A stretch of 64,000 nucleotides of DNA from Chitinophagaceae bacterium (GTDB lineage: Bacteria > Bacteroidota > Bacteroidia > Chitinophagales > REEL01). Of the stretch, positions 1-9,614 are shown piece by piece. Each line of letters begins with the position of its first letter. Position 1 is the stretch's first letter. The notes beneath the pieces are model-generated. The model was not told where the DNA came from. It made no database searches and saw nothing but the letters and a program-made list of their open reading frames with translations. The DNA is taken from positions 121 to 64,120 of the forward strand of contig REEL01000093.1 in the NCBI GenBank assembly GCA_007695095.1, written 5' to 3'. Position numbers and translations under genes: made by a program.

Positions 1-1950
1 TCAACTTTCTTAGCCTTATTACTTGTCCTCCCTTTTACATCTTTTGGACAGTCAATTTTATCGGAAAATTTCGAAACGAATCCTTTTAATAACGGTTGGA
101 CAGCTGAACAGGCTGCAGGCTCAGACGGATGGGGGTGGGGAACCACATCTTCATTATCCAGTGCTTTTTTTGGGATTCAGGACTCGCCGGACGGCACAAA
201 TGTGGTGGCAGCAAATGATGACAGATGTAATTGTAATGCAAGTCAGGATTACCTTATATCTCCGTCTTTTAGCTTAGCCGGGATTTCCGGGGAAGTTAAA
301 CTCTTATTTGAACTCTACTTTTTAGGAGGTTCGTATGATGGGGATACTGAAACCGCTTTTTTGCAGATATCAACAGATGGTGGTGCTACTTATAGCAATT
401 TGATGAATTTACAAGGGTCGGAAAGCTGGCAAACAGTTATGGTCGATTTGGATAGCTATGCAGGTTATTCGGACGTAAGATTGAGATTTCATTATAATGA
501 CAATGGAGGCTGGTTGTACGGTGCAGCTTTAAACAGCGTGAATGTATTCATTCCTGAACCATATGACTTAAGGCTTGTAAGTGTCGATATACCTGAATTT
601 TTAAATATTGGCTATTATGATTTAGATGGAAGGGTTATAAATTTTGGAACAGAGCCATTAACTTCTTTTGATGTTAGCTGGAATAGAGGAGGTACTGTAT
701 ATACTTCAACTATTTCCGGTATAAATATTGAATTTGGAGAAACATATGATTTTACTCATGATACCAAACTTGATTTAGCCGTTGCACAGGATTATACAAT
801 CACTGTTGCAGTTGACAAACCAAATGGTCAGGACATTACTACATTAACAGATAATGAAATTCAGAAAAACATTACGGCAATTGATGTGGTGGTTTCTAAA
901 AATGTAGTGATTGAACAACATACAGGTGCATGGTGTCAGTTTTGTCCGGACGGATCCTATATATTAAGAAATATCAGAGAAAATCATGATAATGCAATTA
1001 CGGTTAGTATTCATAATGGCGATGCTATGGCTTTTGCAGATGGCAACACCGTAGGAAGTGAATTTGTAAGCGGATACCCTACAGGAACTATAGATAGATT
1101 TCAATTTCCGGGTCAAAGTGGTGTAGATGCGAGTAGAACTACATGGGAAAATCGCTATTTAGAAAGATTAGGTGCAACAGTACCATTTACAGTAAGCGCT
1201 GAAAACACCTATGACGCATCTTCCAGAATGATAACAGTTGATATGGAAGTAACTTCTCACAGTAGTTTTGAAGGAGAACCCAGACTAAATGTCTTTATAG
1301 TGGAAGATAGTGTAACAGGAACCGGGTCGGGGTATAATCAGGCAAATGCCTATAATAACCAATCCGGTCATCCTTATCAAGGTGCCGGAAATCCAATTGT
1401 AGGTTATAATCACATGAATGTAGCCAGAGCTTTTTTGGGAGGTCCGTGGGGAGAAATAAACTCATTACCTACATCAATAGCTAGTGGAGAAACTTTCTCT
1501 TACCAGTTTACTTATACCATTCCTGCCGGATATGACGAAGATCAAATACGTGTAGTTGCACTTGTTCAAAACTTTTCTTCTGACGGGAATGACAGGGAAA
1601 TTTTTAATGCTGTAGAAATGTCACTCAACGAAAGTGCTGAAAATGAAGTTTTTCAAATTGTTCTTAGTGCTGAAGAAGCTGATTTAGTAAATGACAAAAT
1701 GCAGATTAAAATTTATCCAAACCCAACATCTGACAAAGTGAATATGGCTTTTGTTCTTAAAGAGCAAGGTAATTTAACAATAGATATAATAGATTTGCTT
1801 GGTAAATCAGTAAAAACTGTTGACTACGGAATGCATTATCCCGGGTATTATACTGAAACTTTAAATGTAAACAATTTAAATAGCGGAGTTTATTTTATTA
1901 ATATCAGAAATGCTGATAGTATTGTAACAAAAAGATTGATAGTTCAATAA
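1..1950 (+). CDS. Secreted surface protein, 5'-truncated by the window edge: choice-of-anchor-J/MAM-like N-terminal domain, Omp28-like CxxC (thioredoxin-fold-like) domain and T9SS type A C-terminal sorting domain
   Basis: Frame 1 is open from nt 1 and reads ...LALLLVLPFTSFGQ, the end of a signal peptide, so the ORF-track start at 202 is internal. 'SENFETNPFNNGWT...QDYLISPSFSL' resembles choice-of-anchor J domains. 'HTGAWCQFCPDG' (CxxC at nt 934-945), 'TGTIDRFQF' and 'YNHMNVARAF' are mirrored in the paralog at 3702-4565. The C-terminus 'KIYPNPTSDKVN...GVYFINI...KRLIVQ' is a typical T9SS CTD. Confidence 0.8.
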   Translation, partial: STFLALLLVLPFTSFGQSILSENFETNPFNNGWTAEQAAGSDGWGWGTTSSLSSAFFGIQDSPDGTNVVAANDDRCNCNASQDYLISPSFSLAGISGEVKLLFELYFLGGSYDGDTETAFLQISTDGGATYSNLMNLQGSESWQTVMVDLDSYAGYSDVRLRFHYNDNGGWLYGAALNSVNVFIPEPYDLRLVSVDIPEFLNIGYYDLDGRVINFGTEPLTSFDVSWNRGGTVYTSTISGINIEFGETYDFTHDTKLDLAVAQDYTITVAVDKPNGQDITTLTDNEIQKNITAIDVVVSKNVVIEQHTGAWCQFCPDGSYILRNIRENHDNAITVSIHNGDAMAFADGNTVGSEFVSGYPTGTIDRFQFPGQSGVDASRTTWENRYLERLGATVPFTVSAENTYDASSRMITVDMEVTSHSSFEGEPRLNVFIVEDSVTGTGSGYNQANAYNNQSGHPYQGAGNPIVGYNHMNVARAFLGGPWGEINSLPTSIASGETFSYQFTYTIPAGYDEDQIRVVALVQNFSSDGNDREIFNAVEMSLNESAENEVFQIVLSAEEADLVNDKMQIKIYPNPTSDKVNMAFVLKEQGNLTIDIIDLLGKSVKTVDYGMHYPGYYTETLNVNNLNSGVYFINIRNADSIVTKRLIVQ

Positions 1951-1973
1951 GCTGAAATTATATTTTTCTACAT

Positions 1974-2006
1974 TGAATTACCCTCCCCTTTAAGGAGGGT
2001 AATTCA
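1974..2006 (+). terminator. Stem-loop terminator candidate after the first CDS
   Basis: Perfect 13-bp inverted repeat ttgaattaccctcc / ggagggtaattcaa with a 7-nt loop, 24 nt after the stop codon. There is no strong T-tract. Confidence 0.5.
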
Positions 2007-2034
2007 TTTATAACACTTTCAAACATTATCATCT

Positions 2035-3627
2035 ATGACTAAGAAGATACTTTTGTTACCTTTTTTTATAGTTTTTTTTATAAAAGTTTACAGTCAGGGA
2101 AATTTTTCAGGTGAGCTAATGGTAAATAGTGATTTCTACCAAAGAGATGAAGCTATAGGGGCTGTAAATACACCTCATTATGATAACTTACTTTCTTCAA
2201 CAGATGCTTGGTTTAGTCTGTTATATACGAATCATGATATAAATCTGGATGTAGGTATTCGCATGGATATGTTTAATAACTCAAATCTGCATAATCCGGG
2301 AACACCATACAATGGAATAGGTATTGGAAGGTGGTTTGTAAGAAAGAGATTTCAAAATGTAACTCTGGAAGGTGGTTATATTTATGAGCAGTTTGGAAGC
2401 GGTATTAGTTTCAGAACTTATGAAGACAGGAGTTTAGGGATTGATAATGCACTTTTTGGAATGAGTGTAAAATATGAACCGATTGAGAATCTTATGATAA
2501 CCGGATTGGCGGGTGTTCAAAAAAATCGTTTTGATTTATATAATCCTATAATTCAGGGCGTAAACCTTGAATACTTTATAAGCTCAGAAGAAGGGAATCT
2601 GACAATGGTTCCGGGGGTTGCGTTAGTAAACAGAACCCTAGATCAATCTTCAATGAATTTAATTGTAAACACTATTGAAACCTATCCGGAAGAGGAAAGG
2701 TTTGTCCCTCGTTATAATACATTTGTTGCATCAGCATACAATTCGATGGATATCGGTGCATTTAATGTTTATCTGGAAGGAGCGGTAAAAACAAATGAAG
2801 CTATTCGAACAGCTGATAACCGTTTAAGAGACAGACCCGGAAATGTATTGTATGGCGTTGTTGGTTATTCAAGACCCGGTTTTGGCGCGAGCTTTCAAGC
2901 TAAAAGAACCGAGAATTTTGTTTTTAGAACTTCCCCAAATGAAGCATTGTTGGACGGTATGATTGGTTTTATTCCTCCCACTGCACGTCAGCAACACAGA
3001 AGATTAATAGCAAGGTATGCTGCAGCAACACAAGAATTGGAAGAGCTGGCTTTTAATCTAGATTTATCGTATGTGCCGGTAAGAGGTTATACCTTAGGTT
3101 TTAATGCTGCAGAAATCAGGGATTTTAGTGATGATTTACTTTTTAGGGAATACTTTTTAGATTTGACAATCAGGAAAAGCAGAAAATGGACAGGCGTAGC
3201 CGGAATACAGTACATGCAGTATAATCAGGCAGTTTATGAAGAGAAACCCGGTGAACCTATGGTGGAAGCTATAACTCCTTTTGTTGAACTAACCTATCGT
3301 TTTAACAGAAGACATTCTATAAGAGTGGAAGCCGAATATCAGTATAATGAACAAGATTTTGGTAGTTGGGTCTATGGATTAATAGAATATAATATTGCGC
3401 CACGATGGTCTTTTGCTGTATCTGATATGTATAATTATGCGCCAAATGAATCAAAAGATACAGAAGCTTTACATTATTATTCGCTTTTTGCATCATATAC
3501 GGCGGGAGCTCATCGTTTTACTACAAGTTATGTGCGACAAGTCGAAGGAGTGATTTGTACCGGAGGAGTATGTCGTTTTGAGCCTGCTTTTAGTGGAGTA
3601 AAATTTCAACTGACAACTTCATTTTAG
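2035..3627 (+). CDS. Putative outer-membrane beta-barrel protein (possibly DUF6029 family; not verifiable here)
   Basis: N-terminal signal peptide 'KKILLLPFFIVFFIKVYSQ', alternating aromatic/hydrophilic strand-like segments throughout, and a C-terminal '...VKFQLTTSF' ending in Phe as in OM barrels. Confidence 0.65.
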   Translation: MTKKILLLPFFIVFFIKVYSQGNFSGELMVNSDFYQRDEAIGAVNTPHYDNLLSSTDAWFSLLYTNHDINLDVGIRMDMFNNSNLHNPGTPYNGIGIGRWFVRKRFQNVTLEGGYIYEQFGSGISFRTYEDRSLGIDNALFGMSVKYEPIENLMITGLAGVQKNRFDLYNPIIQGVNLEYFISSEEGNLTMVPGVALVNRTLDQSSMNLIVNTIETYPEEERFVPRYNTFVASAYNSMDIGAFNVYLEGAVKTNEAIRTADNRLRDRPGNVLYGVVGYSRPGFGASFQAKRTENFVFRTSPNEALLDGMIGFIPPTARQQHRRLIARYAAATQELEELAFNLDLSYVPVRGYTLGFNAAEIRDFSDDLLFREYFLDLTIRKSRKWTGVAGIQYMQYNQAVYEEKPGEPMVEAITPFVELTYRFNRRHSIRVEAEYQYNEQDFGSWVYGLIEYNIAPRWSFAVSDMYNYAPNESKDTEALHYYSLFASYTAGAHRFTTSYVRQVEGVICTGGVCRFEPAFSGVKFQLTTSF

Positions 3628-3701
3628 TATAATGTAATATACGGAATTTGTCATTAATTAAATATAGACGAATATTTTTAACAAGGATTAAACTTCTACT
3701 T

Positions 3702-4565
3702 ATGAAATTATTAATAAAGAAGATTCAGTTAATGGCAGTTTTGATTTTACTGCTCCAATCTTGTACAGAAAAAGGTCCTGTTATTGATTTAGGTGGAATG
3801 CAGGCTTTATCAGACACAACTTATGTATCCGATCAGGTAGAATCTCCTCAGCAAAAAAATGTTTTAATAGACGAATTTACAGGTGTTCGGTGTGTAAACT
3901 GCCCCGATGGACATACTTTAATTAATACCCTTCAGCAAAATAATCCGGATAGAGTAATTGCTCTTGGTTGGCATTCCGAGTTGTTAGGTCAGCCATTACC
4001 CCAAAGTTCTCAGGATTTGAAAATCCCCGAAGCTCAGCAAACAGAAGATTTTTTGGGCGGTATACAGGGAAAACCCTCAGCAGGAATTGACCGGTTTATA
4101 TTTAGCGGAGAAAATACTATTTTAGTATTGCTTTCAAAGTGGGCAGGCTTTGTATCTGAACGTCTACAACTTTCAACACCTTTAAATATTAGTTTAAACC
4201 ATAGTTTTGATTCGGGAACGCGAATGCTTGATTTTCAAACTACATTACATTATACAGAAGCAGTTGGCTTTGAAAACCGCCTGAGTGTGGTTATTTACGA
4301 AGACAATATAATTGAGCCACAGGTTACACAAGGAGGCATTGTAGATGAATATAATCATCAACACGTTGTCAGAGCATTGATAACTCCATTAAGTGGTATT
4401 AATTTGGCTGAGTCTAAAGTGCCCGGAAGAGTTTTTGTAACTACATTTCAAAAAGAAATACCTGCATCCTGGAATGAAGAAAATTTAAGTATTATTGCGT
4501 TTGTGCATCGCCCTTCACCGGATCAGGAAGTTATACATGCTTTTAAAGAAAAAGTAACACCCTGA
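3702..4565 (+). CDS. Omp28-related lipoprotein with CxxC motif (paralog of the central domain of CDS 1-1950)
   Basis: The ORF track starts at TTG 3648. The ATG at 3702 gives 'MKLLIKKIQLMAVLILLLQSC', a lipoprotein signal. 'KNVLIDEFTGVRCVNCPDGH' (CxxC at nt 3891-3902), 'AGIDRFIF', 'LSVVIYEDNI' and 'YNHQHVVRAL' align with CDS 1. Confidence 0.75.
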   Translation: MKLLIKKIQLMAVLILLLQSCTEKGPVIDLGGMQALSDTTYVSDQVESPQQKNVLIDEFTGVRCVNCPDGHTLINTLQQNNPDRVIALGWHSELLGQPLPQSSQDLKIPEAQQTEDFLGGIQGKPSAGIDRFIFSGENTILVLLSKWAGFVSERLQLSTPLNISLNHSFDSGTRMLDFQTTLHYTEAVGFENRLSVVIYEDNIIEPQVTQGGIVDEYNHQHVVRALITPLSGINLAESKVPGRVFVTTFQKEIPASWNEENLSIIAFVHRPSPDQEVIHAFKEKVTP

Positions 4566-4646
4566 TATTATTCTGCAATAATTGTTTTAATAATCAGGTT
4601 ATTTTAAAGGATTTAATTGAATTATCGGAAATAGTAAAGTTAGTAA

Positions 4647-5813
4647 ATGAATATTGCGGTAAATGCCAGATTTCTGATAAAAGATAAGTTAGAAGGGATT
4701 GGCTGGTTCACAAATGAGACATTAAAAAGGATTACTAAAAATAATCCACAGCATACTTTTTATTTTTTCTTTGACAGAAAATTTGATGACTCATTCATTT
4801 TTTCGGATAATATAATTCCGGTAGTCATCAATCCTCCTGCCAGACATCCTTTGTTATGGTATGTATGGTTTGAATACATGGTTCCTTATTATTTAAAAAA
4901 GCATAAGTGCGACTATTTCATTTCACAAGATGGTTACCTTTCTCTAAAAACTAAGATTCCTACCCACTTAACCATACATGACTTAGCTTTTGAGCATTTT
5001 GATGACCATGTAAGTAAATTGACGAATAAATACTATAAGCATTTCACACCTTTATATGCCGAAAAGGCTTCAAGGATAGCTACCGTTTCTAATTTTTCGG
5101 CCTCAGATATAAGTGAAAAATATGGGATAAATTCTGAAAAAATTGATGTTATCCCAAATGGTTTCAACAATCGATTTAAGCCTGTAGAAAAAATAAAACA
5201 AAAAGAAATACAAGATAGAGTAGCTGATGGTTGCCCGTATTTTTTGTTTGCAGGCACAATTCAGCCCAGAAAAAATCTTGAAAATCTACTGAAGGCCTAT
5301 GAGCATTTTCGTGAGAATAATGATTCCAATATTAAACTTTTGGTTGCCGGGCGAAAAGGTTGGAAATATCAGGAGGCTATTGATATTTATGAGTCCATGA
5401 AGTTTAAGAATGATGTTATCTTTTTAGGTCATTTAACTTTAGATAAATTAGTAGATGTGATGGGAGCTGCAACTGCTTTGTTTTACATTTCTTTATTTGA
5501 AGGTTTTGGAATTCCAATACTTGAAAGTTTTGCGTCCGGGGTGCCGGTTGTTACCTCTGACAGAAGTTCTATGCCGGAAGTTGGTGGTGATGCAGCAATT
5601 ATCGTTGACCCATATAATATTGAAAGTATTGCTGACAGTATGAAAAAAATAGCTGTTGACAATAAATTTGTGGAAGAGTTGGTTTCCAAAGGTATTGAAC
5701 GGGTTAAAATGTTTTCGTGGGACATTACTGCCGATAAGCTATGGGAAAGTGTATCATTATCTATGGCTAAAGATGTTTTACCCTTACAGGAAAAATTAAT
5801 TAAAGCTCCTTGA
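4647..5813 (+). CDS. Glycosyltransferase family 4 (GT-B, RfaG-like)
   Basis: 'FLFAGTIQPRKN', 'YISLFEGFGIPILESFASGVPVVTSDRSSMPEVGGDAAIIVDP' is the classic GT4 EX7E region. Confidence 0.85.
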   Translation: MNIAVNARFLIKDKLEGIGWFTNETLKRITKNNPQHTFYFFFDRKFDDSFIFSDNIIPVVINPPARHPLLWYVWFEYMVPYYLKKHKCDYFISQDGYLSLKTKIPTHLTIHDLAFEHFDDHVSKLTNKYYKHFTPLYAEKASRIATVSNFSASDISEKYGINSEKIDVIPNGFNNRFKPVEKIKQKEIQDRVADGCPYFLFAGTIQPRKNLENLLKAYEHFRENNDSNIKLLVAGRKGWKYQEAIDIYESMKFKNDVIFLGHLTLDKLVDVMGAATALFYISLFEGFGIPILESFASGVPVVTSDRSSMPEVGGDAAIIVDPYNIESIADSMKKIAVDNKFVEELVSKGIERVKMFSWDITADKLWESVSLSMAKDVLPLQEKLIKAP

Positions 5814-5899
5814 TTTAAACACTTTAGACGCAGATAGATTATGATTACAAACTAAAAATCCCACCCGGATATTTATTTAAATTATTTATGAGTCTTTGT

Positions 5900-5907
5900 T
5901 ACCTTTG
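5900..5907 (+). promoter_or_regulatory. Bacteroidota sigma-A -7 box (TAnnTTTG) upstream of the Wzz-like gene
   Basis: TACCTTTG lies 41 nt upstream of the ATG at 5948. No clear -33 TTTG at the expected spacing. Confidence 0.4.
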
Positions 5908-5947
5908 CAAAAATCTCTCTCTTTTTTTTAAACATATTTAAATCCAA

Positions 5948-6910
5948 ATGCAAAACGAATTTAATTTACTTCACGCTATAAAAATTTTTTGGAAAAGAAA
6001 ATTATGGTTGCTTATAGCATTTATCTTATCAGCAGTTGTTGGTATTATTGTTTCCTTTGTAATTCCTGAAAGGTTTTTATCTTATTCAACATTTTATCCG
6101 GCAAACCCTTCTTTAACAGATCGCCAGACTCTTTTTAGTGTTGAGCGCTCGGATGGATTTATTGATTACTTTGGTACTAAAAATGATGTAAACAGATTAA
6201 TTTCTATTGCTAATTCACCTCAGGTATCTAATTATCTGATAGACCGATTTAATTTATTTGAGCACTACGAGATTAACCCAAACTCTAGGTTTCCTCAGAC
6301 TCAAATAATGGAGAAATTTGAAAAGCAGTATTCGGTTATTAAAACAGAGCTAAATGCAATTAGAATCAGCTTTTTAGATACAGACAAGGATTTAGCGGCT
6401 AAAATTGTTAATGCAGCAGTTGGAAGAGTTGATCAGATTAATAAAGGTCTGGTAGGAAGTAATAAAGAAGCTATAGCTCATCTCTTTACCGATCAGATTG
6501 TAAATTTGGAAAATGAAGTTGAATTTTTAACGGACAGCCTTTCGTTTTTAGCTGAAAAATATAATATACGCCGAGTTACTACAGGAGGCAGTAATCAGGA
6601 TGCCGTTTATACCGGTCAGGACTTAAGAGCTGTGGAAAGGTACAGAGTTCTTAGTAAAAGACAAACCAGTTCAATTGAAGAGCTTAATAAACTATATACT
6701 TTATCCGGTCAGTATGAGCTTTCAGCAAGAGAAGATATTCCTTCCATTTTTATAATAGAAGAAGCCTATCCGGCAGAAAAGAAAGCAAAGCCTATCCGGT
6801 GGTTGATTGTTGTAGGATTTACAATAGGAGGTGTTCTCTTTATGATATTTAGTCTACTGTTGATTGACAGATTCTATTATATTCAGGCAGCCTTAAAAGA
6901 TGATGAATAA
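5948..6910 (+). CDS. Polysaccharide chain-length determinant (Wzz-like) protein, no kinase domain
   Basis: N-terminal TM 'LWLLIAFILSAVVGIIVSFVIPERF' (Wzz-type), a long coiled/periplasmic middle and a C-terminal TM 'RWLIVVGFTIGGVLFMIFSLLLI'. Confidence 0.7.
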   Translation: MQNEFNLLHAIKIFWKRKLWLLIAFILSAVVGIIVSFVIPERFLSYSTFYPANPSLTDRQTLFSVERSDGFIDYFGTKNDVNRLISIANSPQVSNYLIDRFNLFEHYEINPNSRFPQTQIMEKFEKQYSVIKTELNAIRISFLDTDKDLAAKIVNAAVGRVDQINKGLVGSNKEAIAHLFTDQIVNLENEVEFLTDSLSFLAEKYNIRRVTTGGSNQDAVYTGQDLRAVERYRVLSKRQTSSIEELNKLYTLSGQYELSAREDIPSIFIIEEAYPAEKKAKPIRWLIVVGFTIGGVLFMIFSLLLIDRFYYIQAALKDDE

Positions 6911-8363
6911 CTTTTTAAAAACATTTGATTATAGTTTATTATCCTGGGCGATGCTTGCTTTCACCCTGCTGGCATTTTTTGCAGTTCAGGTAACAGGTAT
7001 AGTTGTTTTTTATTTGCTACCGGTTGCCGTAATTTTAGTAGCGCTTTCAGTATATAATTTTAAAGCAACATATTTCATGATGTTGTTTTTTCTACCCTTA
7101 TCAACGGAATTTTTTTTTTCAAAATCATTAGCAACAGATTTACCTACTGAACCACTGATTATAGGTTTAATGCTTGTTTACTTAATGTATGTTTTGAGCA
7201 AGCCTTATGTTGTGGAAAAAAAGTTTATCTCCCACCCACTAATAGTCTTACTTTTAATTCACTGGGTTTGGATGTTTATAACAGCGATTTTTGCTGATGA
7301 CAGCTTTGTTGCTTTCAAGTTTTTATTGGCCAAAAGCTGGTATTATATAGTCTTTATCTTTCTTACTGCATTGATTATAAAAAATGAATCTACGGCAAGA
7401 AAAGCATTTTGGTTTATTTTTATCCCACTATTGTTTACAGCTGTTCAGACTTTATTTAGACATTATCAGTTAGACTTTGCTTTTAGCGAAATTAATACTC
7501 CGGTTGTTCCTTTTTTTAGAAACCATGTGAGCTATGGAACAATGCTTACTTTATTCATTCCTTTTATTTTTTATGCCCGAAGTTGGTATAATAAAGGCTC
7601 TTTTTTGAGGATTTTACTCAACGCTTCAATCCTCATTTTCTTTATCGGCATTTACTTTTCTTATACACGTGCTTGTTTATTAGCACTTCTTTTGGCAGCC
7701 ATATATTATTTTATCATAAAACTAAAAGCAACTGTCCCGGCCTTAATTGCCGGCTTGCTTATTGTTGGTGGGATAGTCTATCATTTTGCAAATGACAATA
7801 GGTTCATGTTATTTTCTCCTGATTTTGAACAAACAGTTTATCATGGCAATTGGGAGGAGCATATTTCTGCGACATATCAGTTTCAGGATGCATCCAGTAT
7901 GGAGAGGATTTACCGATGGATTGCAGGTATAAATATGTTTCAGGAAAAGCCTTTAATGGGTTATGGACCAAATAACTTTTACCCCACTTACAAAAGACAT
8001 ACAGTTTCAGCTTTTGAAACTTATATTAGCGACAATGAAGAGCGATCTACTATACACAATTATTATCTATTAATGCTTGTTGAGCAAGGCTTAGTCGGCT
8101 TTTTTCTTTTTTTAATAATTACCTTGTATTCTTTATATCTGGGACAGCGAATATATTCAAAGGCTCAAAGCGACAGACATAAAAACATGGCCATTGCATT
8201 AACACTTTCCATACTAATGATGTATGTTAGTCTTCAGTTAAGCGATTTGGTAGAAACAGATAAACTGGGGAGTTTATACTTTATGTCACTTGCACTAATG
8301 GTACGCTTAGACTTGAGTGTTAAATCTGAAAATGAGAAAAAGCTAAAAGAATCTACAGCTTAG
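6900..8363 (+). CDS. O-antigen ligase / O-antigen polymerase (Wzy_C) family membrane protein
   Basis: At least 10 predicted TM segments, a large loop 'FSPDFEQTVYHGNWEEH...GYGPNNF' and a 'YSYTRACLLALLLAAIY' motif region. Overlaps the Wzz-like gene by 11 nt. Confidence 0.75.
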   Translation: MMNNFLKTFDYSLLSWAMLAFTLLAFFAVQVTGIVVFYLLPVAVILVALSVYNFKATYFMMLFFLPLSTEFFFSKSLATDLPTEPLIIGLMLVYLMYVLSKPYVVEKKFISHPLIVLLLIHWVWMFITAIFADDSFVAFKFLLAKSWYYIVFIFLTALIIKNESTARKAFWFIFIPLLFTAVQTLFRHYQLDFAFSEINTPVVPFFRNHVSYGTMLTLFIPFIFYARSWYNKGSFLRILLNASILIFFIGIYFSYTRACLLALLLAAIYYFIIKLKATVPALIAGLLIVGGIVYHFANDNRFMLFSPDFEQTVYHGNWEEHISATYQFQDASSMERIYRWIAGINMFQEKPLMGYGPNNFYPTYKRHTVSAFETYISDNEERSTIHNYYLLMLVEQGLVGFFLFLIITLYSLYLGQRIYSKAQSDRHKNMAIALTLSILMMYVSLQLSDLVETDKLGSLYFMSLALMVRLDLSVKSENEKKLKESTA

Positions 8364-9590
8364 AATAGTGATATCATCCAGAAAAAGCTGAGTCCCTTTA
8401 AAACTTTCTATGTATTTGAACAGATTTGAATTAAACTCATGGACTGTTAAGTGTTGATATTCTTTTAAGAAATCTTTTACTCTTTCAATATCAAACATTT
8501 CATTCTCTTCATTTTCTATATCAACGAGACCGTCGGTATAAGTTAAAAGTAAAGAGTTCTTTTCTAATGACACTTCACCTTCATTTACAAATGGAAGTTC
8601 TTCAAACATTCCTAAAATTGTCGTGCCTTTATCTAATTCAATAAGTTTTCCTTTATTTACAAGTATAGGTGGATTGTGTCCTGCATTCACATACTTAAGC
8701 TTTTTAGTTTTTGTATTATAAATACCCAGAAATAAAGTAATGAACTTTTCTCCTTTAGTGATGGAGAGAAGGCGTCTATTTAGATTTTTAATATAAGATT
8801 CTAAAGAACCCTTTTCGTTTATAATAATTTGAAAGTTTGCCTGAAAATTTGACATTAAAAGAGCTGCAGCTACTCCTTTGCCTGAAACATCACCTATACA
8901 AAAGGCAAACTCTTCATCTGAAAGCTTTACATAGTCATAAATGTCACCGCCTATATCCTGGTTAGGAATATAAATAGCTGCCATTTCAATAAATTCATTT
9001 TTAGGCAGACTATCCGGAATAAGCATTGATTGCATTTTTGCAGCAATTTCCAGTTCACGCTTAATTAGCTCTCTGTCAATTTGATTTTTAAACAGCTTTT
9101 TGTTTTCAATGGCAACCACTATGATATTGGTAATGGTCATAATGAACTTCAACTTCTCTTCTATGGTATCGTAGTTATCAGTTTTAAGTTCGCCAATCAG
9201 CAAGTATGACAATGGTTCATCTTTATGATAAGTAGGAATAACAAACTCAAATTCTTCCAGCTCAGGATAAGTATCTTTTTTTAATTTAGAGACTGATTTT
9301 ATGTCTTTAAAATAGTGGTTGGCATTAATTGATTGGAGCGTTTCTTTTTTATTAACACCGGATTCTGCTCCTATTTCCCATTCATCATCTTTAATAAAAA
9401 CAGCCATTTTGTTAACGCCAATCTGTGCCTTCAGTATAAACTCATAAATTCGGAATATGGCTTTGGTGGAAAAGTTATTGTTGATAGCCTGAGAAACTTC
9501 CAGCAACGAGTTTATCTGCATCTGTTTAATAGTAAGCAGACGTTCCAGCTCTGAAAGTTTATCGTTTGATTTAGGCGATTGTGCTAACAT
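8343..9590 (-). CDS. GAF-domain PP2C-type (SpoIIE/RsbU-like) serine phosphatase
   Basis: 'GGDIYDY...CIGDVSGKGVAAALLMSNFQ' and 'YVNAGHNPP...YTDGLVD' are SpoIIE/PP2C motifs. The N-terminal ~170 aa is sensor-like. Its 3' end overlaps the convergent gene by 21 nt. Confidence 0.85.
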   Translation of the reverse strand: MLAQSPKSNDKLSELERLLTIKQMQINSLLEVSQAINNNFSTKAIFRIYEFILKAQIGVNKMAVFIKDDEWEIGAESGVNKKETLQSINANHYFKDIKSVSKLKKDTYPELEEFEFVIPTYHKDEPLSYLLIGELKTDNYDTIEEKLKFIMTITNIIVVAIENKKLFKNQIDRELIKRELEIAAKMQSMLIPDSLPKNEFIEMAAIYIPNQDIGGDIYDYVKLSDEEFAFCIGDVSGKGVAAALLMSNFQANFQIIINEKGSLESYIKNLNRRLLSITKGEKFITLFLGIYNTKTKKLKYVNAGHNPPILVNKGKLIELDKGTTILGMFEELPFVNEGEVSLEKNSLLLTYTDGLVDIENEENEMFDIERVKDFLKEYQHLTVHEFNSNLFKYIESFKGTQLFLDDITILSCRFF

Positions 9591-9614
9591 TTTTAAATTA
9601 AAATCTGAACTAAG

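Noticed and set aside
23-277. 84-aa ORF at the window start
   Set aside because: It is out of frame with, and fully inside, the longer frame-1 coding region, which is open from nt 1 and has clear domain signatures. The sequence is low-complexity and has no motif support.
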